Shown here: one piece after another, positions 34,952-45,652 of the stretch
Numbering within the stretch: the first letter of the stretch is position 1
Layout of the letters: every line of letters starts with the position of its first letter
Origin: Candidatus Yonathbacteria bacterium RIFCSPLOWO2_01_FULL_43_27
Lineage (GTDB): Bacteria; Patescibacteriota; Minisyncoccia; Phycocordibacterales; UBA1550
DNA length: 62,280 nt
Direction: 5' to 3'
Assembly: GCA_001823545.1 (NCBI GenBank)
Contig: MHUV01000001.1
Span: forward strand, 37,849 to 100,128
The notes under the pieces: generated by a model
Database searches by the model: none
Told to the model about the DNA's origin: nothing
Seen by the model: the letters and a program-made list of their open reading frames with translations, nothing else
Position numbers and translations under genes: made by a program

Positions 34952-36631
34952 ATGTTCAAATTCGCCTCCGATACTACCAAAGATGAAAAAATTGCTGAGC
35001 TCCGCAAGCAAGAAGAGGAGGAGTTTCAACAAATAATGGCGCAAAAGCACCAGCTCCCCTACATCAACCTTTCTGCTACCACGATCGATATCTCTGCAGT
35101 CGGTCTCATCAAAGAAGAAACAGCACGCACGGCAAATATTGGACTCTTTAATCTCGAAGGCAAGAAACTTCAGGTCGTAGTGTATACTCCTACCCAAAAA
35201 GAAACACAGGAAGTCATTACTGAACTTACCGAGCGCGGATATACGATAGAAGTATTCCTTGCTTCACATGCAAGTCTTGAAAAGATATGGGAACGCTACC
35301 AAGAAATTTCTGGCGCCACCAAAAGTGAAGTGGGTGTCGTAGATGTTTCTGAAGAAAATCTTGATGCACTCATTGAGCGTTTTAAAACCATCGAAGATGT
35401 GGTCACTTCTCTCAAAGAAACGTTTGTTAATAAAGACGCTCGTTATATTTCAAGGGTTTTCAATATAATTCTTGCTGGATCAATTGGTATTCACGCTTCA
35501 GATATCCATATCGAGCCTGCGGAAGACGTTATTCATATTCGCTATCGTGTTGATGGTGTTCTCCATGAAGTAGGCACGCTCCCTCATAGCTCGTATCGCT
35601 TGTTCAATTCACGCTTGAAACTGATGTCGGGGCTCAAACTCAACGTCGGCACCGAGAGTCAAGATGGACGTTTTACTATTAAAATTGCAGGGCTTAATAT
35701 TGAAATCCGTGTATCGGTCATTCCGAGCGCGTACGGCGAAGGCGTAGTGATGCGTATTTTGAATCCCCTTTCGCTCAATGTTACCCTTGAAGACCTTGGT
35801 ATGAGTAGCCAACTCCTCACTATTATGGAGCGCGAAATCGCAAAGCCTCATGGTATGATTTTGAACACCGGCCCTACAGGATCAGGAAAAACCACGACCT
35901 TGTATGCCTTTTTGAAAAAAATATTCTCTCCTGAGATCAAAATGATGACGATTGAGGATCCTATCGAGTACCATATGCAGGGCGTTTCCCAAACACAGGT
36001 TGAATCCGAAAAAGGATATACCTTCCTCGAAGGACTTCGTTCGGCAATGCGCCAAGACCCTGACGTTATTATGATCGGTGAGATCCGTGACGGCGAAACG
36101 GCAAAAGTTGCTATTAACGCTGCACTTACGGGACATATGGTCTTTTCAACCCTCCACACCAATACTGCCGCAGGTGCCATTCCCCGCCTGATAGATATTG
36201 GCGTTACCCCAAAAATTATTGGTTCATCACTCACCGTCGCCCTTGCGCAACGTCTTGCACGCAAACTTTGTACTGAATGCAAGAAAGAAGATACACCAAA
36301 CGAACGCGAGAAAAAGATTATTGACGAGGTGGCTGTTCTTATTAAAGAAAAAAACGGCACCACTGTTCAAACAGAACATATCTGGCGCTCAGTCGGCTGT
36401 AGTGCATGTAACAATACCGGATTTAAAGGACGTGTCGGTATTTTTGAGGCAGTGTTGATGACTCCAGAAATCGAAGCGCTCCTTGATACGATCCCGAGCG
36501 AGCGCGAGATTAGCGAAGTGGCAAAGAAACAAGGAATTCTCAATATGCGCGAGGATGGTATCGAGAAAATTATGAACGGTATTACGTCATTTGACGAAGT
36601 TGAGCGCGTGGTAGACCTTGCACGAGCATAA
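34952..36631 (+). CDS. pilB: type IV pilus / type II secretion assembly ATPase (PilB/GspE family)
   Basis: Walker A NTGPTGSGKTT, Asp/His box region MIGEIRD...TGHMVFSTLHTN, tetracysteine CTECK...CSACNNTG. Confidence 0.9.
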   Translation: MFKFASDTTKDEKIAELRKQEEEEFQQIMAQKHQLPYINLSATTIDISAVGLIKEETARTANIGLFNLEGKKLQVVVYTPTQKETQEVITELTERGYTIEVFLASHASLEKIWERYQEISGATKSEVGVVDVSEENLDALIERFKTIEDVVTSLKETFVNKDARYISRVFNIILAGSIGIHASDIHIEPAEDVIHIRYRVDGVLHEVGTLPHSSYRLFNSRLKLMSGLKLNVGTESQDGRFTIKIAGLNIEIRVSVIPSAYGEGVVMRILNPLSLNVTLEDLGMSSQLLTIMEREIAKPHGMILNTGPTGSGKTTTLYAFLKKIFSPEIKMMTIEDPIEYHMQGVSQTQVESEKGYTFLEGLRSAMRQDPDVIMIGEIRDGETAKVAINAALTGHMVFSTLHTNTAAGAIPRLIDIGVTPKIIGSSLTVALAQRLARKLCTECKKEDTPNEREKKIIDEVAVLIKEKNGTTVQTEHIWRSVGCSACNNTGFKGRVGIFEAVLMTPEIEALLDTIPSEREISEVAKKQGILNMREDGIEKIMNGITSFDEVERVVDLARA

Positions 36632-36906
36632 CAGAGTTTTGTTTTTATTTGTAAAACCCGATAGAATGAATATTGTTCCACGGGCACAAAAAAATCCCAC
36701 ACATAAACCCCAGACTGTTCTCGGAACAACAAGGAACCGAGTGAGGAGACGATCTAAGGATAATTTCAGCGCTCTTTACATAAAGCAAAGTACCGAAATG
36801 TCCTCGTCCGCGACCATGTAAATCCCGAAGGATCCAACCGCAAGAGGCTTATGTATAGGATCTTTAAATGTTCAACCTATGTCTAGTGTAGCACATAACT
36901 ATTTTT

Positions 36907-37959
36907 ATGTCAAGTCCCCAATCAAATTCACCAGATTATTCCGACGAAACCCTTGATAATAAAGGGGTTAGTAGGGACTTCTCTTTTTTGGACCAAACCT
37001 TGCGTCCGAATCGTTTTGTCGATTACGTAGGGCAAGAAACGATCAAAAAGAACCTTAAAATATTGCTTCAAGCAGCAAAGGAACGTGCCCACCCACCTGA
37101 ACATATTCTATTTTACGGACCTCCCGGCCTTGGTAAAACGACATTGGCGCATCTTATCGCAAACGAAATGGGCTGTCAAGTCAAGTCAACCTCGGGTCCA
37201 GCCATTGAAAAAGTGGGTGATTTAGCATCAGTCCTCACCAATCTTTCCCCAGGTGACGTACTCTTTATCGATGAAATTCATCGTTTGAACAAAATGATTG
37301 AGGAAGTACTCTATCCTGCAATGGAGTCGGGTGTGCTTGATATTATCATTGGCAAAGGCCCAAGCGCACGCACGATCCAGCTCGATCTTCCGCCTTTTAC
37401 CCTCATTGCGGCAACCACCCGCATCGCACTTCTCTCTTCACCGCTTCGTTCACGTTTTTCGGGTGGCACCTTTCGTCTTGAATTCTATACGGATAAAGAA
37501 GTAGAGAAAATCGTACATCGTTCTGCGGAAATACTTGGTATTCCTCTTTCTCAACCAGCCGCAGAGGAAATTGCAAAGCGAAGCCGTGCGACACCTCGCA
37601 CCGCAAACTATCTTTTGAAACGTGCGCGTGACTTTGCGCAAGTTGAACGCGGTGAACTTACGCCGAAGTCTGTTGCTGAAGCACTCTCGCTCCTTGAAAT
37701 CGACGAGCTTGGACTTTCAGCAGTCGATCGCGCTATTCTCGACGTCATTATTGATAAATACAAAGGTGGCCCCGTGGGACTTTCCACAATTGCCGCAGCA
37801 CTCTCTGAAGAAATGGCAACCATTGAAGAAGTGAATGAACCGTATCTTCTCAAACTTGGACTTATTGAACGCACGCCACGAGGTCGCACCGCTACGCGTC
37901 GCGCCTATGAGCATCTTGGTTTTGATTATCCCGAAGATTCTCAAGGACGTCTGATCTAA
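36907..37959 (+). CDS. ruvB: Holliday junction branch-migration helicase RuvB
   Basis: [39 protein letters not shown]-like [18 protein letters not shown]. Confidence 0.95.
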   Translation: MSSPQSNSPDYSDETLDNKGVSRDFSFLDQTLRPNRFVDYVGQETIKKNLKILLQAAKERAHPPEHILFYGPPGLGKTTLAHLIANEMGCQVKSTSGPAIEKVGDLASVLTNLSPGDVLFIDEIHRLNKMIEEVLYPAMESGVLDIIIGKGPSARTIQLDLPPFTLIAATTRIALLSSPLRSRFSGGTFRLEFYTDKEVEKIVHRSAEILGIPLSQPAAEEIAKRSRATPRTANYLLKRARDFAQVERGELTPKSVAEALSLLEIDELGLSAVDRAILDVIIDKYKGGPVGLSTIAAALSEEMATIEEVNEPYLLKLGLIERTPRGRTATRRAYEHLGFDYPEDSQGRLI

Positions 37960-38098
37960 CAACACAACGATCTACGAAAAATTCCGTTCTTTATAAATTT
38001 CAAAGGGCGGAATTTTATGTAAGTAAATGAAAGTTTACACGTCTAAAGCAGTATGGTAAGGTAAGAAAAGATAAAATTTCGGAAGGAGAAAGGTACTA

Positions 38099-38206
38099 AT
38101 GTTCGCTTCAAGATTCATCTGGACTACGCTGTACCTCACGGTCAACGTAAGAATGATCGTGATGGCAGCAGGGTTAACAAGAAACCTGCTGGAAAACTCG
38201 CTATAA
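38099..38206 (+). CDS. possible 35-aa hydrophobic peptide (below ORF-track cutoff)
   Basis: GGAAGGAGA SD 9 nt before the ATG. MFASRFIWTTLYLTVNVRMIVMAAGLTRNLLENSL. Confidence 0.25.
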   Translation: MFASRFIWTTLYLTVNVRMIVMAAGLTRNLLENSL

Positions 38207-38285
38207 AAAGCGAGGTGGTTGCAACACCCTGCCATGCTTGTACAAGCCTCTGGCAGGGGTGTTAGCACAACAGAAGGAGCTGGAG

Positions 38286-38531
38286 ATGGAAATTCTTTCA
38301 ATTCTTACCGCGCTAACCTGCTTTGTTTTTGGTTTGCTGGGAATCATTATTTCACTAATCGAGTTAACGAAATTTGTTTCAGCAACAAGAAAAGCTCGCG
38401 CATTAGCGGATACCGAATTAATGTCGCCTGCGGTGTCTCGAAGAATGGCAAACGCACACCTTGGCGAATTTTTTCATGTTCTTTCCATTGCTATTTGTCT
38501 TATTTTTGTGTCGCTTTTGGGCGTCAAATAA
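38286..38531 (+). CDS. small two-TM membrane protein
   Basis: AAGGAG SD 6 nt before the ATG at 38286. MEILSILTALTCFVFGLLGIIISLI...FFHVLSIAICLIFVSLLGV. Confidence 0.5.
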   Translation: MEILSILTALTCFVFGLLGIIISLIELTKFVSATRKARALADTELMSPAVSRRMANAHLGEFFHVLSIAICLIFVSLLGVK

Positions 38532-38707
38532 AATAAAAGCGGTATTTACCCCGGGGCAAGCCCCGGACAAGTGTGTTCGCTTCGCTGTCACGGGTCTTTT
38601 TCCGCTGAAAAAGCCCGCTACCCCACCTCGCGTCGTCCTAGAGCGTTCGTGCGAACGCACGGAGTAGCTCGCGCTCCGGTCTTGCGAAGCTCCATGCATT
38701 CGCTTCT

Positions 38708-38767
38708 CACCTCGGCTCGGAAATGAGAAAGATTACTTTCTCATTTCACTCGCTCTACGTCGCTAAT
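38708..38767 (-). repeat. R-element copy 2 (reverse orientation, 3' flank replaced by another module)
   Basis: Reverse complement reads attagcgacgtagagcgagtgaaatgagaaagtaatctttctcatttccgagccgagg. Confidence 0.7.
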
Positions 38768-38818
38768 AAAGATGTGTAGCACCCGCGGCAAGCCTCTCAT
38801 CGAGGCTTGCCGCTTTTT

Positions 38819-40210
38819 TTAATTTTCTTCAGACTCTTCAAGAATCTCAAACTCATCAACGAGTGTTTTCTTGCTTCGTATCAAGAGAAGCCCTACGAGT
38901 GCGAACGAGGCCAAGAAAAAAATACCCACATACCATGCCCACATTTTTTCGTTATGACTACCAAGTATGTAATCAGTTTGTGGAGAAGCATCTTCGATTA
39001 CATCAACCAAGCGTGCCTGTTGTGTAGGTACTACGGATGCTACCTTCTGTACTGCCATTACTGAATTTGTATTATTATGGACTGATTCTGAAATGATAAT
39101 GGGCGTAGATGAACTAGTGTTTTGAGACTCAGATGCCACAAGAGACACACGCACACCATTTGGGTAAAAAAGTTCAGGACGTGATTCTTTATCTCCTGCG
39201 AGTAATGTTATTTCGGAAGGAAACGCAACACTTTTCTTTGCGCTAATAATAGTCATAGGAAAGGTGAACGTCTTGCCCTCAAGAGAAAGTCTCCACCCCG
39301 AAAGATCGAGGTCTTCGTGCATACGATTTTCAATGATAATAGCGGAACGCCCACGATAACCATCTACACGAACTGCTATTTCTGGCATGATCGCACGAAC
39401 CCTCACACGCGAAGACGTAGTAAAGAAAGCAGGGAGATTAAGAACTACATTATATTCCCCTGGATAGTGATAGGTATGCGTAACATTGGCAATCCCCCAT
39501 CCCTCTGCTACCGCACCATCACCAAACGACCATTTCATTTGTGTGCTCTGAATCGGTTTCTTGTCAGTTCCTTCGATACGTCCTTCAAACGTAGTCGGTT
39601 GCCCCACAAGGACAACACGCTCTTTGGGTCCTATATCAATTGCAATTTTTTGATTATTTGAAACAGCTGGTGCGCCAATCACCACTGGCGTAGTCATCCC
39701 CTCTTGCACAAGTGCAGGCGACGATACCTCACCTTTCTCGCTATTTTGTGCGCGTGGGGTGCTTTGCCCTATCACCCACTCACCTGTTGAAAGTTTTTGA
39801 TAACTTCTTCCTTCACTGACTGTTTCCCATGCAATCTGGTCAACAACTTCTCGTTCAGGATTTTTAAGATGAAGCGTATTGGATTCTGTAAGAGACAAGG
39901 TATCGAGCACGATATCTGAGTAAGGAAGTGTACTACGTGAAATTAAAAAATATCCACGTGCAGGAATTATTTTATTTTCAAATTTTGAACTTGATACGAG
40001 TGAACCAAACGTGCTTCCGGTGGCGGTTTTCCTTTGCACATACCACCCCGTAAGGTCAACATCTGCATCACCTGAATTATATAGTTCTATAAATCGCTCC
40101 TCAGTGGGAGAAAGCGTAACTTCATTAAACAATATTTGTGCGAACGCAACGGATGGAAGAAGAAACAATATCGCGACAACAAGAATGCGCATAGTAAGTG
40201 AGTGAAACAA
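38819..40210 (-). CDS. secreted protein with two lamin-tail (LTD) domains and a PKD domain, C-terminal TM
   Basis: ILFNEVTLSPTEERFIELYNSGDADVDLTGWYV (LTD), KWSFGDGAVAEG...THTYHYPGEYNVVL (PKD), IIENRMHEDLDLSGWRL (LTD). Confidence 0.75.
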   Translation of the reverse strand: MFHSLTMRILVVAILFLLPSVAFAQILFNEVTLSPTEERFIELYNSGDADVDLTGWYVQRKTATGSTFGSLVSSSKFENKIIPARGYFLISRSTLPYSDIVLDTLSLTESNTLHLKNPEREVVDQIAWETVSEGRSYQKLSTGEWVIGQSTPRAQNSEKGEVSSPALVQEGMTTPVVIGAPAVSNNQKIAIDIGPKERVVLVGQPTTFEGRIEGTDKKPIQSTQMKWSFGDGAVAEGWGIANVTHTYHYPGEYNVVLNLPAFFTTSSRVRVRAIMPEIAVRVDGYRGRSAIIIENRMHEDLDLSGWRLSLEGKTFTFPMTIISAKKSVAFPSEITLLAGDKESRPELFYPNGVRVSLVASESQNTSSSTPIIISESVHNNTNSVMAVQKVASVVPTQQARLVDVIEDASPQTDYILGSHNEKMWAWYVGIFFLASFALVGLLLIRSKKTLVDEFEILEESEEN

Positions 40211-42145
40211 TTAATCTTCTCCTTGAAGAATTGCGGTCAACACATCTTCAGGAACTTCACGAACTTTTTCTTCTTGAGGAATTTCAACAGGTGGTTTTTC
40301 TTGTACTTGAGGTTCTGCCACCGGGCGCACAAGGATAACAGGTTCTTCTTTTTTAATTTCCACGGGCGCGTCTTCTTTCTTTTTTTGCTCAACTTCTTTT
40401 TGTGGGGCAGTTGGTGCTTCAACCTTCTTCTCTTTGTGCTCTTTAAGCACATCGGCAAGTGCTGATTTTAATACGCTGGTACCTTTTTGTGGAGGTGTTT
40501 TTATTGCAGAAGAAGCAGGTCGCATCACGCTAGGCATTTTCTTTTCTGCGAGCACCGAAAGCGGTACTGAAGGAGAAGGAGAAACTGATGCAGGCGCAGA
40601 CGGTTTCGAGATAATTTCTTTTTCTATATTTTTAAATGCTTCGGCAAAAGGTTTTTTAGTTTCTTCTTTGGGAGGCATAGTATCCCTTTTGAGAGGAGCA
40701 GGGCGACGAACATCCTCGCCGTTTCGTGTTATTTGCGCGGTAGGGGAATATGATGTTCTTTGTTGTGCTGGTGGTACTTCTTGTCGCGCAGGCATTCTCG
40801 CTTCTTCACGAGACGTTTCTTCAGGCACACGAGGTGCACCATTTTCTGCTGTGATATACCAATCTGCAATATTTTTTTCTACTTCCGTACGTGAACGCGC
40901 ATACAACTGACGCGATGAAGCAATGACGTCGTCTTTGCTTGATTTTTCGGGAGGAAGAATAGGAGGCATGGTCACTGCAGAAAATGGGTGTGATGCGACA
41001 CCATCGATCATCAATTTCAAATAAATTTGCGTGAAGCCAAGGTTAACCATGTCTTCTGCGGTAAACACGGGTGCATATTCTTTCTCAAGCACCTCCGCGT
41101 CGGTTGCGCCTACGCGAAACATTATCTGTGTACCCACGTTACCAAACACCGCAGCGCGTACTTTTTCATCCATCTGTTCGATGTATTGATGCGCCATAAT
41201 GAGCGCGAGCTTGTACTTGCGTGCCTCGGACAAAATATCGGCAAATGCTTCGTTGGCGAACGACTGGAATTCGTCCACATACATATAAAAATTCGGAAGT
41301 TTTTTGAGCTCAGGCTCAGTAAGTTCTGCGCGCGACATTGCGGCAAGATATATCTTGGTGATGATCATACCACCAAGAAGATTGGCATTACCCTCCCCCA
41401 TTTGTCCTTTAGAAAGATTTACGATGAGAATCTTTCGTTCATCCATCGCTTTACGTAAATCAAAACTCGAGTGTGCCTGTCCAATAATGTTTCTAATGAG
41501 TGGATTGGAAGTGAACTGTCCGAGCTTATTTTGAATACCAGGGACCGCTTCTTTTGCATACTGCTCGCTATACTTTGCAAATTCATCAACCCAATACGAT
41601 TTCACTGACGGATCTTTTATATTATCTACTACCTTTTTTCGATATGTCTTGTCCGTAAGTACTCGACTAACCCCGAGGAGCGTTGATCCTGGATATTCAA
41701 GGAGCGCGAGTAAGGCATTCATGAGAATGTACTCCATACGCGCCGACCACGTTTCTGGTCCCCAGATTTTTTTGAACGCACTCATAAGACCGTTCGCCAC
41801 CAAGTGGCGTTTGTCCGCACCGACATCCTCCATCACATTGAATGATATTGGATTTTCCATATCGAACGGCGCAAAGTAAATAACGTCCTTCACGCGCTCT
41901 GGTGGAATGTATTCAAGAAGCAGTGCTGCAGATTTTCCGTGCGGATCAATGAATGCGAATCCTTCGCCGTTCTTTATATCTTGCACTGCCATATTCTCAA
42001 TCGCCGTAGACTTACCCATACCCGTCTTTCCGATGATATACATATGACGCGTGCGATCTTCGGCCTTGATACCAAAAGGAACACGCTTATTGCGACGATC
42101 TGTTTCCGCAAAATAGGTGATACGATTTTTGTCGTAAAGGTGCAT
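40211..42145 (-). CDS. type IV secretion coupling-protein-like ATPase (TraD/VirD4/DUF87 class) with long Lys/Glu/Pro-rich tail
   Basis: Walker A IIGKTGMGKST, Walker B-like YMYVDEFQSF. C-terminal ~230 aa are low complexity. Confidence 0.7.
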   Translation of the reverse strand: MHLYDKNRITYFAETDRRNKRVPFGIKAEDRTRHMYIIGKTGMGKSTAIENMAVQDIKNGEGFAFIDPHGKSAALLLEYIPPERVKDVIYFAPFDMENPISFNVMEDVGADKRHLVANGLMSAFKKIWGPETWSARMEYILMNALLALLEYPGSTLLGVSRVLTDKTYRKKVVDNIKDPSVKSYWVDEFAKYSEQYAKEAVPGIQNKLGQFTSNPLIRNIIGQAHSSFDLRKAMDERKILIVNLSKGQMGEGNANLLGGMIITKIYLAAMSRAELTEPELKKLPNFYMYVDEFQSFANEAFADILSEARKYKLALIMAHQYIEQMDEKVRAAVFGNVGTQIMFRVGATDAEVLEKEYAPVFTAEDMVNLGFTQIYLKLMIDGVASHPFSAVTMPPILPPEKSSKDDVIASSRQLYARSRTEVEKNIADWYITAENGAPRVPEETSREEARMPARQEVPPAQQRTSYSPTAQITRNGEDVRRPAPLKRDTMPPKEETKKPFAEAFKNIEKEIISKPSAPASVSPSPSVPLSVLAEKKMPSVMRPASSAIKTPPQKGTSVLKSALADVLKEHKEKKVEAPTAPQKEVEQKKKEDAPVEIKKEEPVILVRPVAEPQVQEKPPVEIPQEEKVREVPEDVLTAILQGED

Positions 42146-42186
42146 ACGTTAGGTATATTGTACCACGCAATTTAATTTTTTCTCTA

Positions 42187-43338
42187 TCAATTTTTGCGAA
42201 TCGTAGAAAGAACTCCAATACCAATAAGTACAAAACACCCCGCAACAATGAGCGCGCTCATTGGGCTCACAAATTCCCATAAATATCCGCCACCAATACC
42301 AGCAATCATAAGCCCAAATCCTGTCACCGCATTTACCAAGCCGTATGCACCACCACGCTGATTCTCTGGTGAAAGCTCTGCAGCAAATGCGCGTGCAACT
42401 CCATCAGTGAGTGCAGGGAAAAGACCAAGAATAAAGAACCCTATCGCAAGAGTAACTGCCCCCTCTGCCATAAAAACAACAAGGTACCCAACAATAAGCG
42501 CAAGATAACCCATACGAAGCACGACGCGCGCACCGATATGGTCACTAAAATGTCCTCCTGCATACGAAAAGACCGCATACGAAACACTGTAAAACATATA
42601 AAAGAGTGGTATTGACGCAAGTGCGAAACCAAGATGTTGTGTTTTTAGGAGAAGCACGGCGACTGGAATACTGCCAATAGCAAGGAAAAAGAGCGCAATG
42701 AGATATCTCCTGAAACTTTTGGGGAATACCGCAAGTTTTTTGAACGATAAACCATTGCCATTCAATGAACCACGCACATCTTTAATAAAAAAGAGTGACG
42801 CCACTGCAAGAAGCCCTGCAACAAATGCAGTAAGGAAAATAATATTAAAACCTCCAGGATATGCACGCAAAATAAAATATGCAGTGAGAGGACCAAGGAT
42901 TCCTCCAAACGTATCCATCGCACGATGAAACCCAAACGCGTGCCCCATATGCTCGGGTGGTGTCGAAAGCGAAATGACTGCATCGCGGGCGCCATCACGA
43001 ACTCCTTTCCCTATACGATCGGCAAAGCGTAATCCTAATACACCGCCCACCGATGACACAAGCAAATAAAGAGGACGTGTTGCAGTAGAAACCACATACC
43101 CAAGAACTATAAAAGGTTTGCGTCGCTCTAGTTTGTCAGAATAGCGCCCTGCGTAAATTTTGATGACATTTGCAGCACCGTCAGCAACACCCTCTACCAG
43201 CCCGAGGGCGCCAGCACCCGACTTCAACACTGATGTAAAGAAAGCAGGAAACACCGAAAGCGTCATTTCAGACGCAAAATCATTCAGGAAACTCGTAACC
43301 CCCAGCAAGAACACGTTACGTGGCGGACGATATTTCAT
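42187..43338 (-). CDS. MFS transporter
   Basis: Roughly 12 predicted TM helices. GRYSDKLERRKP loop motif between TM2 and TM3. Confidence 0.8.
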   Translation of the reverse strand: MKYRPPRNVFLLGVTSFLNDFASEMTLSVFPAFFTSVLKSGAGALGLVEGVADGAANVIKIYAGRYSDKLERRKPFIVLGYVVSTATRPLYLLVSSVGGVLGLRFADRIGKGVRDGARDAVISLSTPPEHMGHAFGFHRAMDTFGGILGPLTAYFILRAYPGGFNIIFLTAFVAGLLAVASLFFIKDVRGSLNGNGLSFKKLAVFPKSFRRYLIALFFLAIGSIPVAVLLLKTQHLGFALASIPLFYMFYSVSYAVFSYAGGHFSDHIGARVVLRMGYLALIVGYLVVFMAEGAVTLAIGFFILGLFPALTDGVARAFAAELSPENQRGGAYGLVNAVTGFGLMIAGIGGGYLWEFVSPMSALIVAGCFVLIGIGVLSTIRKN

Positions 43339-43404
43339 ACGCTATAGTATATCAAACCAACCACCATAAAAGTAAAACCCCACCTTTGGAGATGGGGTTT
43401 TATA

Positions 43405-43668
43405 TTATGCGATCTTTTTTGCGAGTGCTGAAAGACGTGATTTCTTGCGTGAAGCGGTGTTCTTTTTGATAAAATTGGTCTTTGCTGCCTTGTCGATAGC
43501 CTGATATGCCTTGGACAATGCTGCTAAAACAGCTTTTTTATCCTTTGATGCAACGAGTGCACGGACTTCTTTTACTGCTTCTTTGAGTGCTTTTTTGCGA
43601 CGGTCGTTAAAAACCTTCTTGCGCTCCGAGCCGCGAATTGCCTTTTTTGCTGATGTGGTAATTGCCAT
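43405..43668 (-). CDS. rpsT: 30S ribosomal protein S20
   Basis: MAITTSAKKAIRGSERKKVFNDRRKKALKEAVKE... Confidence 0.9.
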   Translation of the reverse strand: MAITTSAKKAIRGSERKKVFNDRRKKALKEAVKEVRALVASKDKKAVLAALSKAYQAIDKAAKTNFIKKNTASRKKSRLSALAKKIA

Positions 43669-43864
43669 AGTTCACCCACCATACCGTGTTTTTAACTTTT
43701 TTGCAAGCCCCGACCCCTATAATGCCATGACTTTTTGTTTCGCGAAGAAAATAAGAAGTTATACAACTATAATTAACAAGGAAGGCAACTCGTCGTCGGC
43801 CTGTTGAAAAAGTGGAACAATGGCATTATAGGTGTAGGGGCGAGTTTCTTGTTACAATACCAAT

Positions 43865-44806
43865 ATGGATCTCCAGACTCTCAAACGTCAATTTTTTGAA
43901 CATCTAGAAATAGAAAAAGGACGTAGCCTTAAAACAATAGAAAACTACGAACGCTATCTCGAGCGTTTTTTATCTTTTGCGAAAATTTCCAATCCAAAGG
44001 ACATCACCGATGACACCGTACGAGAATTTCGCCTGTGGCTCAATCGACAATCGAGCGGTACGCGCGAGGATGGACGGGTAGAAACACTCAAGAAAAAAAC
44101 ACAGAACTACTATTTGATTGCGCTCCGTAGTTTCCTCAAATATATGCGCAAGCGTGGCATCGAGTCACTCTCCCCCGAACGTATTGAACTTGCAAAAGTT
44201 GCAGAGCGCGACCTTGACCTTATTTCTGAAAGTGATCTCAAGCGCTTACTCTCCGCACCAGATGGCAGTGATATAAAAAGTTTGCGCGATCGTGCAATGC
44301 TTGAATTATTTTTTTCAACAGGGTTACGTCTTTCAGAACTCTGTTCACTTTCACGAGATCTCGATCTCAATAAAGACGAATTTTCTGTGCGCGGAAAAGG
44401 AGAGAAGGTTCGTGTCGTCTTTTTGTCTGACAATGCACGTGATGCTATTCGTACCTACCTTGCAAAACGCACTGATATGGAAAACGCACTTTTTGTGAAT
44501 CTTGGCCGTATGCCAAAAGCCGAACCCCGCCAAGGGCGAGGCTTATCGGATTCCAATATTTCACGCCTCACGCCACGCTCTATTGAACGCATCGTAAAAC
44601 ACTACGCCATCAAAGCAGGTATTTCAAAAAAAGTTACCCCGCATATTTTGCGCCACTCTTTTGCCACTGACCTCCTTCAAAATGGTGCCGATATTCGCTC
44701 GGTACAAATGATGCTCGGCCACGCCAATATTGCCACCACACAAATCTATACCCACGTCACCAACAAACAACTAAAAGACATTCACAAAAAGTTCCACTCA
44801 AAGTAA
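43865..44806 (+). CDS. tyrosine site-specific recombinase XerC/XerD
   Basis: ATGLRLSEL-like STGLRLSELCSL, HILRHSFAT, LGHANIATTQIYTHV. Confidence 0.9.
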   Translation: MDLQTLKRQFFEHLEIEKGRSLKTIENYERYLERFLSFAKISNPKDITDDTVREFRLWLNRQSSGTREDGRVETLKKKTQNYYLIALRSFLKYMRKRGIESLSPERIELAKVAERDLDLISESDLKRLLSAPDGSDIKSLRDRAMLELFFSTGLRLSELCSLSRDLDLNKDEFSVRGKGEKVRVVFLSDNARDAIRTYLAKRTDMENALFVNLGRMPKAEPRQGRGLSDSNISRLTPRSIERIVKHYAIKAGISKKVTPHILRHSFATDLLQNGADIRSVQMMLGHANIATTQIYTHVTNKQLKDIHKKFHSK

Positions 44807-44846
44807 AAGACAATCCTAATATTTTTCGTGCTACAATAATTATGTT

Positions 44847-45614
44847 ATGAACATCATCTCATGGAATGTAAACGGATTACGCTCCCTATATAAAAAAGGA
44901 CATTTCGCTGAAATCCTTAAAGAACATCCGGACATTTTATGCTTGCAGGAAACAAAAGCGGAAGCCGAGCAACTTCCTGAAGACGTGCGCAATTTTCAAG
45001 GATATTTTTCATATTTTAGTCATTCTAAAAAACGTAAAGGGTATAGTGGTGTTGCGGTGTATACAAAACAGGAACCAGAAAAGGTAGAAGAAGGTTTAGA
45101 TATAAAGGACATGGACCAAGAGGGTCGCCTTCTTGTCCTTTACTACCCTCGTTTTGTCCTTTTGAATTGCTACTTCCCCAACGGTGGTCGCGGACCCGAG
45201 CGATTACAATACAAACTCGATTTCTATGACGCCTTTTTGTCTTTTATAGAAAAACTTCATAAAAAAGGACACAAAATAATCATTTGTGGTGACATAAATA
45301 CCGCGCATGAAGAAATTGACCTTGCGCGCCCAAAAGAAAATGAAAAGAATACGGGATTTCTTCCTGAGGAGCGTGCATGGATTGACGAGCTTATCTATCA
45401 CGGCTATGTGGATATCTTTCGCACAATGAACCCAAACACTCGTGAGGCCTACACCTATTGGGATATAAAAACTCGCGCACGTGAGCGCAATGTTGGTTGG
45501 CGTCTTGATTATTTCTTTGTAAGTTCTGATTTCACTTCTTCCGTAAAAAACACAGCGATTCTCTCTCACATCTACGGCTCCGACCACTGCCCTATTGTAC
45601 TTACACTAAAATAA
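44847..45614 (+). CDS. xth: exodeoxyribonuclease III
   Basis: IISWNVNGLR, CLQETK, NTAHEEIDL, SDHCPIVL. Confidence 0.9.
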   Translation: MNIISWNVNGLRSLYKKGHFAEILKEHPDILCLQETKAEAEQLPEDVRNFQGYFSYFSHSKKRKGYSGVAVYTKQEPEKVEEGLDIKDMDQEGRLLVLYYPRFVLLNCYFPNGGRGPERLQYKLDFYDAFLSFIEKLHKKGHKIIICGDINTAHEEIDLARPKENEKNTGFLPEERAWIDELIYHGYVDIFRTMNPNTREAYTYWDIKTRARERNVGWRLDYFFVSSDFTSSVKNTAILSHIYGSDHCPIVLTLK

Positions 45615-45652
45615 AGCCCCCGCCTGTTACACAGACGGGGGCTTGGTGAGTG

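Noticed and set aside
36632-36906. 275-nt pilB-ruvB spacer examined for a riboswitch, SRP RNA, 6S RNA or tmRNA
   Set aside because: Only short local stems are present (TTGTTCC/GGAACAA, CTCGG/CCGAG), with no signature motifs I can recognise by eye. It is left unassigned, and an Rfam scan would be needed.
43716-43832. 13-bp inverted repeat CCTATAATGCCAT / ATGGCATTATAGG between rpsT and xerC, considered as a dif site or mobile-element ends
   Set aside because: Each arm points toward its own gene and contains a -10-like TATAAT/TATAGG. It is more simply read as two similar divergent promoters. It does not resemble the known dif consensus, and no target-site duplication is visible.
43865-44806. 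Tyrosine recombinase as the marker of an integrated element next to the tRNA-associated repeats
   Set aside because: The sequence is typical housekeeping XerC/D. It is flanked by rpsT and xth, lies 3 kb or more from any tRNA, and has no direct att-like repeats around it.
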